Part shown: positions 26,030-35,298 of the stretch, in pieces
Numbering within the stretch: the stretch's first letter is position 1
Layout of the letters: every line of letters begins with the position of its first letter
Assembly: GCA_049889335.1 (NCBI GenBank)
Contig: JBMHDP010000237.1
Location: 1 to 38,015, forward strand
Source: Planctomycetota bacterium
GTDB taxonomy: Bacteria; Planctomycetota; UBA1135; UBA2386
Direction of reading: 5' to 3'
Length of the DNA stretch: 38,015 bases
Made by a program: the position numbers and the translations under genes
Notes under the pieces: generated by a model
What the model was told of the DNA's origin: nothing
Databases searched by the model: none
The model's input: the letters and a program-made list of their open reading frames with translations, nothing else

Positions 26030-28995
26030 CTCCCCTCCGGCGCGGCGGCGTCGACGATCGGGGCGGTCCGCTGCGCGCTGCTCGGCCCGGTGCTGACCTC
26101 CCACGTCTGGTAGTTGACGGAGATGTCCCGGGCGCGGAGCTCGCGGCCGTCGGGCGTGGTCACCACCGCGGCCGCCGGATCGCTGGCGACGCACGTCTCG
26201 CGCAGCAGGTCCAGCGCGACCTTCGCGGCCTGCGCTCGCAGCTGGGTCCAGTCGACGTGCACGTCCTGGCCCTCGACGCGGGCGATCAGCCCGCTCTGGA
26301 GCTGGCGGTTCATGACCAGCGAGCGCGCGTCGATGCGGAGGCCGTCGGGGTCGAACGCGCCGGCCGGCGTCAGACCCGCCGCCTCGACCGGCCCGGTGAA
26401 CCGCACGGCGTCGGGGTCGACGTGGATGTCGCCGCGGCAGGTCGCGCTCATGTGCGAGAGCAGGCCGCGGTCGCCGGACTCGTGCAGCGTCATCGCCGGC
26501 GAGATCCGGGCCGACCTGCCGTCGAAGGCGCCCAGGGCCGACAGCTGGATCTGGCCTTCGTTGCGGACGCGCACCCGCGCCCCGCGCAGCTCGACGTCGC
26601 GCCCCTCGTGCGTCCGGCGCACGACGGCGGGCGACAGCTCGTCGGGGTCCCCGACGAACAGGGCGGCCGCGTTGCCCTGGCTGATCAGCAGCCGGTGAGC
26701 GTCGCCCTCGACGTGGCCCTGCAGCTCGTCGTCGAGCTCGAACGCGTGCACGTCGTCGACCAGCAGCCACGGGCGCGACAGTCCGCGCGTGGCCAAGCCG
26801 GACATCGCGCCGCCGCCGCCGAAGTGCGCCCCGGCGGCTTCGGGCGTCACGACGAACGGCAGCACGCGGAGCCGGTCGGCCGTGCTCCGCACGGTGGCGG
26901 GCTCTGCGGAGCCGGTCTGCGGCACCACCGCGTAGATCTGCGCGGGCTGCTCACGGTCGCCGCGCGCGTCGACCAGCGCGGCGCGGCCCCCGGCGTGGTG
27001 CAGGTCCACGCGCGGACCGCGCACCTCGACCTGGTAGGAGGAGGCCGCCGCGCCGGGCGCGGACCAGGTCCGCTTCAAGCGGGGCGTGCGCTCGACCTCG
27101 GGGAGCTCGTTCCAGGGCGGCGCGTCGACGGCGTTGGGCAGCAAGCGCAGCGAGCGCGGCCCCGTCTGCAGGATGCGGGGAGCCCTCGCGACGAGGCGCT
27201 CACCGGCGCGCGCGAAGGTGGCCTGCACGGGCAGTCCGGCGACGTCCATCGCCGCGAGCTGATCGCCCACGAGCGTGGCCGCGAGCGTCCGCACGCTGCG
27301 GAGCTCGGTCTCCTGGCGCGCGAAGCGGGCCGCGATCTCGTCGAACGGGGCGCGCAGGTCCAAGTCGGTGCGGTCGCCCGCGCGCACGACGTCGCACGCG
27401 CCGCGTCCCTCGACCCGGACGTCGCCGTGGCGCAGCTCGTAGCGGTGCGCGCGCCACCGCGGGTCTGCGTCGCTGCGCGCCGGTCCGAGGCGCGCGCGCT
27501 CTGCGGTGTCGGTGACGGTCAGGACGAGGCCGTCGCTGCCCGTCGCCACCAGCGCAGGCCGGGCGGACCGCGCCGCGGTCGCGGGCGCGCCCGCCTGCAC
27601 GAGCTCGATCTCGCCCTCGCCTCGCACGACGCCGGACTGCGTGTCCGATCGCCGCGAGACCACGATGCCGTCGCTCGCGCGCAGCGTCCGCGCGCCGCCG
27701 ACGAGCTCCGCGCGGCCCGTGAAGACGACCACCTGCTGCGCCTCGAACGACCGCGTCGTCCATCGCGGGAAGCCGACCGCGCGGTGCAGCGCGCCGACCG
27801 AGTCTCCGGGGCGCACGAGGTGGATCCGCCGCGGCGACCGCCCGACGAGCGTCGCGCTGTCGGACCGCGCGCTCCCCAGGGTCGCCTGCTCGACCCGGGA
27901 CGCGCCGCCGTGAGCGGTCACGACGTAGGGGTCGCCGAGCGGGCCGGGCCGGACGGTGACCTTGGGCGTCGAGACGTGCACCCCGGGGAGGTCGATCGTC
28001 GCGGGCGCGCCGACCAGCCGCAGCCGCTGCCAGATCAACCGGCCGCGGTTGGCGCCGACCTCGACCCCTGCGACCGGCTGGTCCTGCGATCGCAGCAGCC
28101 ACCCGAGGAACTGGTTGCCCCGCGCGCGCGACGGCCCGGCGCCGGCGTCCTCGGCGCGCGCCCCCGGGAGCGCGATCGCGCCGCGCTCGAGGTCGAGCTC
28201 CACGTCCTCGTCGAGCGTCACCCTCGCGACCCCGGTGCCCAGGTCCTCGACGTAGTTGAGCCGTCCCGCGGCGCGCACCTTCAGGTCCGCGGCCTCGAGG
28301 AGCGGGTCGGTCAGGATCGTCACCGATAGCTGGCGCAGGTTGCTGTCCTTGCTGCGCGGCAGGCGCGTGCGCGCGCCGCGGCCGGTCAGCGTCGCCGGGC
28401 GGTCGCCCTCGAGCCGCAGCGAGACGGGCTGATTGGCAGCCGTCGTCAGCTGGATCTCGTCTTCGCCGACGTTGACCTTGGCGTCGCCCAGCTTCAGACG
28501 CATGCCCTCCAGACGACCGCCCGGCTCGCCCGTGACGACCGCGTCGCGCAGGTCGACCTCCTTTTGCTCTTCGAGGCGTGGCTGGCCGTTCTTGTCCCGA
28601 CCCAGCTCCAGGAACGCGCGGCTCGCGCGCACGGTGGCGGCGTGGCGGTTGTCGTCGAACAGCTCGAGCCGCACGTCGGTCAGCTGCTGGAGGCCGTCGC
28701 CGATCGGGCGGCTGTCCTCGGCGCGCAGCACGTAGACGGTCTCCTTGCGGATCGCGCCGCCGCCGACGTCGACCTCGCGGCGCCTGGGGTAGACCAGCTT
28801 GCCCGACTGCGAGACGGTCGTTTGGATCTTGCCGTTGTCGACGCGCACGCCAGGCGGCGCGTCCTGCGCCCGGTCCCGCTTCCGGGCTCGGGCCTGGTCG
28901 GTCTCGGCGCGCACCGCGACGTCGTCGCCGATCGCCAGCTTGAGCGCCACGAGCCCGACGGCGAGCAGCGCCAAGAACGCGACGACGCGCTTCAC
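26026..28995 (-). CDS. 989-aa membrane-anchored periplasmic protein in the lptC-lptA operon position (LptC-like N-terminus, extended beta-rich body)
   Basis: The GTG start overlaps the kdsC stop (GTGA). The N-terminal anchor is MKRVVAFLALLAVGLVALKLAI. It has recurring short strand-like segments of the LptC/LptA style (DVRLELFDDNRHAATVRASRAFLEL; VEVRGPRVDLHHAGGRAALVDARGD; DVELRGARVRVRNEGQIQLSA; LRIDARSLVMNRQLQSGLIARVEGQDVHVDW). The function is inferred from synteny and composition only. Confidence 0.6.
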   Translation of the reverse strand: MKRVVAFLALLAVGLVALKLAIGDDVAVRAETDQARARKRDRAQDAPPGVRVDNGKIQTTVSQSGKLVYPRRREVDVGGGAIRKETVYVLRAEDSRPIGDGLQQLTDVRLELFDDNRHAATVRASRAFLELGRDKNGQPRLEEQKEVDLRDAVVTGEPGGRLEGMRLKLGDAKVNVGEDEIQLTTAANQPVSLRLEGDRPATLTGRGARTRLPRSKDSNLRQLSVTILTDPLLEAADLKVRAAGRLNYVEDLGTGVARVTLDEDVELDLERGAIALPGARAEDAGAGPSRARGNQFLGWLLRSQDQPVAGVEVGANRGRLIWQRLRLVGAPATIDLPGVHVSTPKVTVRPGPLGDPYVVTAHGGASRVEQATLGSARSDSATLVGRSPRRIHLVRPGDSVGALHRAVGFPRWTTRSFEAQQVVVFTGRAELVGGARTLRASDGIVVSRRSDTQSGVVRGEGEIELVQAGAPATAARSARPALVATGSDGLVLTVTDTAERARLGPARSDADPRWRAHRYELRHGDVRVEGRGACDVVRAGDRTDLDLRAPFDEIAARFARQETELRSVRTLAATLVGDQLAAMDVAGLPVQATFARAGERLVARAPRILQTGPRSLRLLPNAVDAPPWNELPEVERTPRLKRTWSAPGAAASSYQVEVRGPRVDLHHAGGRAALVDARGDREQPAQIYAVVPQTGSAEPATVRSTADRLRVLPFVVTPEAAGAHFGGGGAMSGLATRGLSRPWLLVDDVHAFELDDELQGHVEGDAHRLLISQGNAAALFVGDPDELSPAVVRRTHEGRDVELRGARVRVRNEGQIQLSALGAFDGRSARISPAMTLHESGDRGLLSHMSATCRGDIHVDPDAVRFTGPVEAAGLTPAGAFDPDGLRIDARSLVMNRQLQSGLIARVEGQDVHVDWTQLRAQAAKVALDLLRETCVASDPAAAVVTTPDGRELRARDISVNYQTWEVSTGPSSAQRTAPIVDAAAPEGR

Positions 28996-29549
28996 GGCCT
29001 GCCGTCCTTGTCGACGACCTGTTGCCAGACGCCGCGCGTCTTCAGCAGCTCCTCGATGACGTCGCGCACCGCGCCGAAGCCGCCGCTGCGGCGGCTCACG
29101 AACTGGGCTTGCTGGAGCACCTCGGGCCGGGCCTCGGGCACGGTGGCGGCGAAGCCGACCCGGCGGAGCACCGGCAGGTCGAGGAGGTCGTCTCCCACGT
29201 AGGCGACGTGGCGGGGGTCGAGCTCCTGCCGGGACAGCAGCTCGTCGAACGCGGCCGCCTTGTCGACGCGTCCGAGCACGACGTCGTGGACGCCGAGCTC
29301 CTCGGCGCGGCGGCGCACGATGTCGCCGCCCCGCCCGGAGAGGAACCCCGAGCGGCCGCCGTGGCGGTGCCAGTAGACGATGCCGGCCGCGTCGTGCACG
29401 TGCAACGACTTGTATTCGCGCCCGTCGAAGTCGAAGTGCACGCGCCCGTCGGTCAGCACGCCGTCGACGTCGAGCAGCAGGAAGCGGATCTCGCGGAGCG
29501 TGTCGTCGTCGGGACGCGGGCGCCCGGGCGTTGGGGAGCCGGCGGTCAT
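28992..29549 (-). CDS. kdsC: 3-deoxy-D-manno-octulosonate 8-phosphate phosphatase (HAD family)
   Basis: ATG 29549 lies within track ORF 28992..30479. IRFLLLDVDGVLTDGRV..DAAGI..VAYVGDDLLDLPVLRRVGFAATVPEA is the KdsC pattern. Its ATG overlaps the kdsD stop (ATGA). Confidence 0.85.
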   Translation of the reverse strand: MTAGSPTPGRPRPDDDTLREIRFLLLDVDGVLTDGRVHFDFDGREYKSLHVHDAAGIVYWHRHGGRSGFLSGRGGDIVRRRAEELGVHDVVLGRVDKAAAFDELLSRQELDPRHVAYVGDDLLDLPVLRRVGFAATVPEARPEVLQQAQFVSRRSGGFGAVRDVIEELLKTRGVWQQVVDKDGRP

Positions 29550-30517
29550 CCGATCTTGAGGTTGAGCAAGTCCTGGACGTCCAGCAGCCCGACGAGGCGC
29601 CCCTCGCCGTCGACGACGGGGAGCTGGTCGATCGCGAACTGGTGCAGCAGCGCGAGCGCCTCCAGGGCGAAGGTGTCGGCGGAGATCGAGCGCGGGCTCG
29701 GGGTCATCGCGGCGTCGACGCGCAGCTCGCGCGGGTTGGAGAGCCCGTCCTCGATCAGCCTGCGGAGGTCGCCGTCGGTGAAGAAGCCCACCAGTCGGCC
29801 GTCTCGGTCGACCACGCTGGCTGCGCCCGGACGTCCGGGCGTGCGCGTCATGACCTCGATGGCGCGGAGCACGGTGGCGTCGTCCTGGACGCACGGGTTG
29901 CGGTCCCCGGTGCGCATCAGCTCGCCGACCTTCATCAGCTTGCGGCCGAGGTCGCCGCCCGGGTGGAACCTCGCGAAGTCCTCCGGACCGAACGCGCGCC
30001 CCTCCTGCACGACCAGCGCGAGCGCGTCTCCGAGCGCGAGCATCGCGGTCGTCGAGGCGCTGGGCGCGAGCCCGTGTGGGCCCGGCTCGGAGATCCGACC
30101 CAGCGCGAGCACGACGTCGCTGTGGCGGCCCAGGGTCGAGTCCAGGTCCTGGGTGACCGCGACCACCGTGGCGCCGCACGCCTTGACGTGCGGCAGCATG
30201 ACCAGGACCTCCTCGGTCTCGCCGGACTTGGAGAAGGCGAGCAGCAGGTCCCCCGCGTCGACGCGCCCGAGGTCGCCGTGGATGGCTTCGGCCGGGTGGA
30301 GGAAGATCGACGGCGTCCCGGTCGACGCGAGCGTGGCGGAGACCTTCTGGGCGATGAAGCCCGCCTTGCCCATGCCGGTCGTCACGACGCGGCCTCGCAG
30401 CCCGAGGACCATGTCCAGGGCGCGCACGAAGGGCTCGCCGAGGCCGTCCGCCACCTGGCGGACCGCGGCGGCCTCGCACTCGACGATCTGCCGCGCGCGT
30501 TCGATCCGAGGGTCCAT
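29546..30517 (-). CDS. kdsD: arabinose-5-phosphate isomerase (SIS + tandem CBS, KdsD/KpsF/GutQ family)
   Basis: GRVVTTGMGKAGFIAQKVSATLASTGTPSIFLHPAEAIHGDLG..FSKSGETEE..TTAMLALGDALA is followed by two CBS modules. Confidence 0.9.
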   Translation of the reverse strand: MDPRIERARQIVECEAAAVRQVADGLGEPFVRALDMVLGLRGRVVTTGMGKAGFIAQKVSATLASTGTPSIFLHPAEAIHGDLGRVDAGDLLLAFSKSGETEEVLVMLPHVKACGATVVAVTQDLDSTLGRHSDVVLALGRISEPGPHGLAPSASTTAMLALGDALALVVQEGRAFGPEDFARFHPGGDLGRKLMKVGELMRTGDRNPCVQDDATVLRAIEVMTRTPGRPGAASVVDRDGRLVGFFTDGDLRRLIEDGLSNPRELRVDAAMTPSPRSISADTFALEALALLHQFAIDQLPVVDGEGRLVGLLDVQDLLNLKIG

Positions 30518-30586
30518 CAGGACGCAGAGACTATCAGGAGCGGGGCGACGAAGCCGCTGCGGAAGTCCCGCCAGCAGCGGCCGCGC

Positions 30587-31378
30587 TCACGCGAGCGGCG
30601 GCGCCCCGGCGAGGCGCCACGCCTGCTCGAGGTCGGCGGCGGTGGCCCGGTCGAACGCGCCCTCGTCCACGTAGCAGAACCGGCCCCAGTACTCGGCCGC
30701 GCCGAGCGCGGCCTCGAAGTAGGGCCGCGGCGTCTGGAGCGTTCGCGGCACGACCCACGCGGCGTCGGGGGTCAGCACGGCGTTCCAGGTCGGCGTGAGC
30801 CGGGCGTCGGCGAGCATCGTGAGGGCCGCGGCGCAGCCGTCGACGGGGCCCCGCAGCCCGATGACGCAGAGCTCCAGGTCCTTGGCCACGAGGCTGCAGC
30901 CGCGGGGCAGGTCGATCGGCGCGGCCGCGACCGGACGCTCCGGGACGTGCTCGAGCAGCGGCAGGCGCTCGCCCAGCAGGTGCGCGTGCGCGCGCGGGAT
31001 CGTCGCCGCAGCGCCGACGTTGTTGAGCAGCGCGGTCCCGTCGCTGCGCCGCACCCAGTCGAGCGTCGCCCGCCAGAACCCGAGGTCGGGTTCGCGCGCG
31101 GGCTGCGACATCCAGAGGATCCGCTGGTCGACGCCGAACGGGAACCGGTTCGGCGTCAGCGCCAGGGTCTCGCTCCGCCAGTAGCTCTCCTGCTCCAGGA
31201 TCCGGGCCGCCGGGCTCCTGGCGAACGGCGGGGGCCGGTCGCGATCGTGGCTCGAACGCGCGGCGCGCTCCGGGAGCCAGACCAGCTCCGCCGCGCTGCC
31301 GTGGAGCGGCAGGCTGCGTGACCGGCCCGGTGCGTAGGCGACGAGGTCATCGGGCAGCGTCAACGGCAGCGAGATCAT
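30587..31378 (-). CDS. hypothetical protein with HIT-superfamily-like (GalT/Ap4A-phosphorylase branch) features
   Basis: LALTPNRFPFGVDQRILWM ... LLNNVGAAATIPRAHAHLLG resembles the NxFP... / HxHxhh nucleotidyl-transfer motif. The start is taken at ATG 31378, while the track start 31429 adds 17 Arg-rich residues. The assignment is weak. Confidence 0.45.
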   Translation of the reverse strand: MISLPLTLPDDLVAYAPGRSRSLPLHGSAAELVWLPERAARSSHDRDRPPPFARSPAARILEQESYWRSETLALTPNRFPFGVDQRILWMSQPAREPDLGFWRATLDWVRRSDGTALLNNVGAAATIPRAHAHLLGERLPLLEHVPERPVAAAPIDLPRGCSLVAKDLELCVIGLRGPVDGCAAALTMLADARLTPTWNAVLTPDAAWVVPRTLQTPRPYFEAALGAAEYWGRFCYVDEGAFDRATAADLEQAWRLAGAPPLA

Positions 31379-31512
31379 CCAGCGACCGGATGTACTGCGC
31401 CGCGCCGTCGGTCTCAACCGGCACGCCATCGTCGATTGCCCCCGTCCACGGGCGCCGCTACGGTGGACGGCGTCGCCCGCGCCCCCCGGCGGCCTCCTCC
31501 CCGACCCGACCT

Positions 31513-32445
31513 GTGCGCATCGTCTTCTTCGGTACTGGTGACTTCGCCATCCCTGCGCTCCGCGCGCTGAAGGAGAGCGGGCTGTCGCCGCAGCTGGTCG
31601 TCACCAAGCCGGACGCGCCGCGTGGTCGGGGCCGCAAGATCTACGACGCCGAGGTCAAGCTCGCCGCCCAGGACCTCGAGCTCGCCTACGCGCAGCCCGC
31701 GGACCCCCACGCGCCCGAGTTCCTCGACCAGGTTCGAGCGCTGCAGCCCGAGGTCGGGGTCGTGATCAGCTACGGCGTGATCCTCAAGCCCGACCTGCTC
31801 ACGGCGCCCGCCATGGGCATGATCAACGCGCACGCGTCGCTGCTGCCCCTCTACCGCGGCGCGGCGCCCATCCAGCGCTGCCTGCGCGACGGCCACGCGC
31901 GCACGGGCGTCACGGTGATGAAGATCGCCGACGAGCTCGACGCGGGCGACGTCATCCTGACGTCGGAGACCGAGATCGGCGCGACCGAGAACGCCGGTCA
32001 GCTGCGCGCGCGCCTCGCAGAGCTCTCGGGCAGCGCGCTGGTCGACGCGCTCCGGAAGCTGGCGGACGGCTCGGCCACCTTCACGCCGCAGGACCACGCG
32101 AAGGCCACCTACGCGCCCAAGATCGAGAAGGAGCACGGCGTCATCGACTGGAGCCTGCCCGCGGTCGAGGTCGACCTGCTGGTGCGCGCGATGACCCCGA
32201 AGCCCGGCGCGCAGACGCGGCTCGGCAACAAGCGCTTCATCGTGATGGAGGGCACGGTCGAGCAGGACCTCTACGGCATGGGCATTCCGGGCGCCCTGCA
32301 GTCCTCCGGGGAGGAGGGCATCCGGGTCTGCACGGGCAAGGACCTCTACCGCATCACGCGCATCAAGCCCGACAACGGCCGGAACATGACCGCGGGTGAG
32401 TTCGTGCGCGGCCACTCGATCGCGCCCGACGCGCGGTTCGGCTGA
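31513..32445 (+). CDS. fmt: methionyl-tRNA formyltransferase
   Basis: GTG 31513 lies in frame within track ORF 31318..32445. VRIVFFGTGDFAIPALRAL..VVTKPDAPRGRG..INAHASLLPLYRGAAPIQRCL..TGVTVMKIADELDAGDVI is canonical Fmt. Confidence 0.9.
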   Translation: MRIVFFGTGDFAIPALRALKESGLSPQLVVTKPDAPRGRGRKIYDAEVKLAAQDLELAYAQPADPHAPEFLDQVRALQPEVGVVISYGVILKPDLLTAPAMGMINAHASLLPLYRGAAPIQRCLRDGHARTGVTVMKIADELDAGDVILTSETEIGATENAGQLRARLAELSGSALVDALRKLADGSATFTPQDHAKATYAPKIEKEHGVIDWSLPAVEVDLLVRAMTPKPGAQTRLGNKRFIVMEGTVEQDLYGMGIPGALQSSGEEGIRVCTGKDLYRITRIKPDNGRNMTAGEFVRGHSIAPDARFG

Positions 32446-32450
32446 GGCGC

Positions 32451-33764
32451 GTGGCCGTCAGCGCGCGGAGCGTCGCGCAGCGCGCGCTCGCCGCGCTGCA
32501 GGCGGGTCGCAGCCAGCGGCTGCGCAAGACGCTCGACAGCAGCAAGCTCGCAGGCCGTGAGCTCGCCTTCGCCTATGAGCTGTCGCACGGGGCGCTGCGA
32601 CGCGAGCGCCTGCTCGACCACGTGCTGCAGGGCGTCGCGCACCGGGGCCTCCCGAAGAGCGCCCCGCTGCGCGCTGCGCTCCGCCTCGGGGTCTACCAGC
32701 TGCTGTTCGTCCCCGGCATGCCCGCGCACGCCGCCGTCCACGAGACGGTGGCGTTGCTCCGCGACAACAAGGGCTTCGCCAACGCGCTGCTGCGACGCAT
32801 CGCGAGGATGGTGAAGGACCGTCCGGCCGACGAAGACCGCCCGAGCGCCGAGCTGCCGCTGGGCGACGCGCGCGCGTTGGAGCTGCCTGCGCCGCTGCCC
32901 GTCGACGAGGTGGAGCGGCTGGCGGTCGTGCACTCGCTGCCGTCCTGGCTCGCCGAGCGCTTCGCTGCCCAGCACGGCCTCGCCGGTCTGCGTCAGATCG
33001 CGGGCGCGGCCAGCGCGATCCCGAGCGTCTACCTGCGCGCGCGCGCGCCGGCCGAAGCGCTCGCGACGGCGCTCGCCGCCGAGGACGTCACGGTCGCGGC
33101 GGCCGACGGCGGGCGGCTGCTGCGCTGGACCGGCGGGTCGTCGCCGTTCGGCACCGCGTCGTTCCGCGCCGGAGAGTTCGTGGCGCAGGACCCGACCGCG
33201 TTCGCGGCCGCGGCGGCGGTCCCGTGCGGTCCCGGCGATCAGGTGATCGACCTGTGCGCGGCGCCCGGCACGAAGACCACGCTGCTCGCAGAGAAGGTCG
33301 GCGTCGGCGGCAGGGTCTTCGCGCACGACCCGGACGCGCGGCGGCGGGAGCGTGTCGTCGAGAACGTGACCCGGCTCCGGCTCCAAGAGCTGGTCGAGGT
33401 GGTCGCCGACGCCGAGTCGCTCGCGCCCGCAGACTGCGTGCTCGCCGACGTCCCCTGCTCGAACACCGGCGTGCTCGGCCGCCGGGTCGAGGTCCGCGGC
33501 AGGCTGACGCCGGCTGCGTTCGCAGAGCTCGAGCGCCTGCAGCGCGCGCTGCTCCGGCAGGCGGTGGCGTTGACGCGTCCGGGCGGCTTCGTCGTCTACT
33601 CCACCTGTTCGATCGACCGCCAGGAGAACGACGACGTCGTCGCGGCTGCGCGGCGTGACGACTCCGACCTGCAGCTGGTCTCGTCTGCGCTGACGCTGCC
33701 CGCGGCCGGGCAGCACGACGGCGGTTTCCACGCGGTGCTGCGGCGCGGCGACCCGATCGGATAG
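32451..33764 (+). CDS. rsmB: 16S rRNA (cytosine-C5) methyltransferase RsmB/Sun family
   Basis: It has a NusB-like N-terminus and then DLCAAPGTKTT, VLADVPCSNTGVLGRR and YSTCSI (SAM and catalytic Cys motifs). The fmt-rsmB adjacency is conserved. Confidence 0.85.
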   Translation: MAVSARSVAQRALAALQAGRSQRLRKTLDSSKLAGRELAFAYELSHGALRRERLLDHVLQGVAHRGLPKSAPLRAALRLGVYQLLFVPGMPAHAAVHETVALLRDNKGFANALLRRIARMVKDRPADEDRPSAELPLGDARALELPAPLPVDEVERLAVVHSLPSWLAERFAAQHGLAGLRQIAGAASAIPSVYLRARAPAEALATALAAEDVTVAAADGGRLLRWTGGSSPFGTASFRAGEFVAQDPTAFAAAAAVPCGPGDQVIDLCAAPGTKTTLLAEKVGVGGRVFAHDPDARRRERVVENVTRLRLQELVEVVADAESLAPADCVLADVPCSNTGVLGRRVEVRGRLTPAAFAELERLQRALLRQAVALTRPGGFVVYSTCSIDRQENDDVVAAARRDDSDLQLVSSALTLPAAGQHDGGFHAVLRRGDPIG

Positions 33765-33775
33765 AACGAGCATTC

Positions 33776-34378
33776 ATGGCATCGCGTAGTTCCTCTCGCC
33801 GCACCTCAAGCTCGTCCCGCGCCCGCGCTGGCTCCACCCGTCGCCGCCACGCCTCCAGCTCGGGCAACAACCAGCTTCCGATGATCCTCGGCGGCGTCGG
33901 AGCGCTGGCGCTGATCGTCGCGCTCGTGCTGATGAGCAGCGGCTCCGGCGGCGACGCGGAGCCGGATCAGGGCGCGCGCCAGCCGCAGCGGAGCCAGCCC
34001 GCGGCGCCGGCCGCGGCGACGCCCACCGACCTGAAGATGGCGAGCGCGAGCGCCGGCAAGCCCCCTGGGCGGCCCGCGCCGACGCTGACGCGCGAGATGC
34101 TGCAGAAGGCCAACGTCATGGTCGACGCCGCCAAGGCGCTCAACAACGAGGGGACGCGGCTGCGCAACGCCGGCGACAACCGCGGCGCGCGCAGCAAGCA
34201 GTCCGAGGCCAAGCGCAAGCTCGACGAGGCGATCGAGTTCCTCGCAGCGCCCTCTGCGTGGCAGGAGGAGGCGGACCTCGAGGGCTGGGCGATGCCGGCG
34301 GAGTACGTCACCCTGGGCAACCTCTACGTGCGGATCGCGAAGTACCAGAAGCGCATCCGGATGGGCGGGGGCAAGTGA
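33776..34378 (+). CDS. hypothetical single-pass membrane protein with Ser/Arg-rich N-terminal tail
   Basis: 200 aa. MASRSSSRRTSSSSRARAGSTRRRH is followed by the TM segment LPMILGGVGALALIVALVLM, a Pro/Ala linker and a helical C-terminal domain. No family was recognised. Confidence 0.5.
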   Translation: MASRSSSRRTSSSSRARAGSTRRRHASSSGNNQLPMILGGVGALALIVALVLMSSGSGGDAEPDQGARQPQRSQPAAPAAATPTDLKMASASAGKPPGRPAPTLTREMLQKANVMVDAAKALNNEGTRLRNAGDNRGARSKQSEAKRKLDEAIEFLAAPSAWQEEADLEGWAMPAEYVTLGNLYVRIAKYQKRIRMGGGK

Positions 34379-34395
34379 GCGCTCGCTGAGGTCCG

Positions 34396-35229
34396 ATGCT
34401 GCTCGGCTACCACACCAACAGCCTGCAGAACCACCGGCTCGACGACGCGCTCGACCTCGTCGCCGGCCACGGCTTCCGCGCGGTCGCGATCACGCCGGAC
34501 ACCTGCCACCTGGACCCGGACGCGACCGACGACGACGCGCTGCGGCGCCTCCGCGGCCGCCTCGAAGCGCTCGACCTCCGACCGGTCATGGAGACCGGCG
34601 CGCGCTTTCTCCTCGACCCGGCTCACAAGCACGAGCCGACGCTGATGACGGCCGATCCGGCGCGCCGCGAACAGCGGCTCTCCTTCTACCGGCGGGTCGC
34701 GGAGATGGGGCAGCGACTCGGGGCCGAGGTCGTGTCGTTCTGGACCGGGATCGACCGCGCGCCCGGGCCGGACAGCGCCGACCGGCTCCGTGACGGCGTA
34801 GCGGCGGCGTGCCGCGTGATCCGCGACGAGGGGCTCCGGCCCGCCCTCGAGCCAGAGCCCGGCATGGCCCTGGAGACGGTCGCCGGATACCTGCAGCTTC
34901 GGGACGAGATGGGTTCGACCGCACCGGACCTGACCCTAGATGTCGGTCATCTTTACGCGGTTTGGGAGGGGGATCCGGACAAAGTGATCTCCTCGGCGGC
35001 CCCTTTTCTGGCCCAGGTGCACCTCGAGGACCACCGCCGTGGGGTCCACGAACACCTGCTCCCCGGCGCCGGCGAGGTGGACTTCGACATGGTCCTAAAC
35101 GCCTTGTCAAAAGCAGGATATAGAGGTCCGGCGTGCTTCGAACTGTCGCGCCACAGCCACTGCGCGCCGACCGCGCTGGCAGCTTGCCGCGAGCTCTGGG
35201 AGCGCCGAAGCCCGCCACCTCGGCGTTGA
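34396..35229 (+). CDS. sugar phosphate isomerase/epimerase (xylose-isomerase-like TIM barrel / AP endonuclease 2 family)
   Basis: 277 aa. GYHTNSL..LDLVAGHGFRAVAI..LEPEPGMALE..LDVGHLY..VHLEDH..H..PG.GEVDF fits the metal-ligand pattern of this fold. Confidence 0.7.
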   Translation: MLLGYHTNSLQNHRLDDALDLVAGHGFRAVAITPDTCHLDPDATDDDALRRLRGRLEALDLRPVMETGARFLLDPAHKHEPTLMTADPARREQRLSFYRRVAEMGQRLGAEVVSFWTGIDRAPGPDSADRLRDGVAAACRVIRDEGLRPALEPEPGMALETVAGYLQLRDEMGSTAPDLTLDVGHLYAVWEGDPDKVISSAAPFLAQVHLEDHRRGVHEHLLPGAGEVDFDMVLNALSKAGYRGPACFELSRHSHCAPTALAACRELWERRSPPPRR

Positions 35230-35298
35230 CGGCGCTCCGGTCGGGTCTACTCTACCCGCCGGTTGCTGCGCTAGGCCGGCGCCTCCACCACGGACCCC

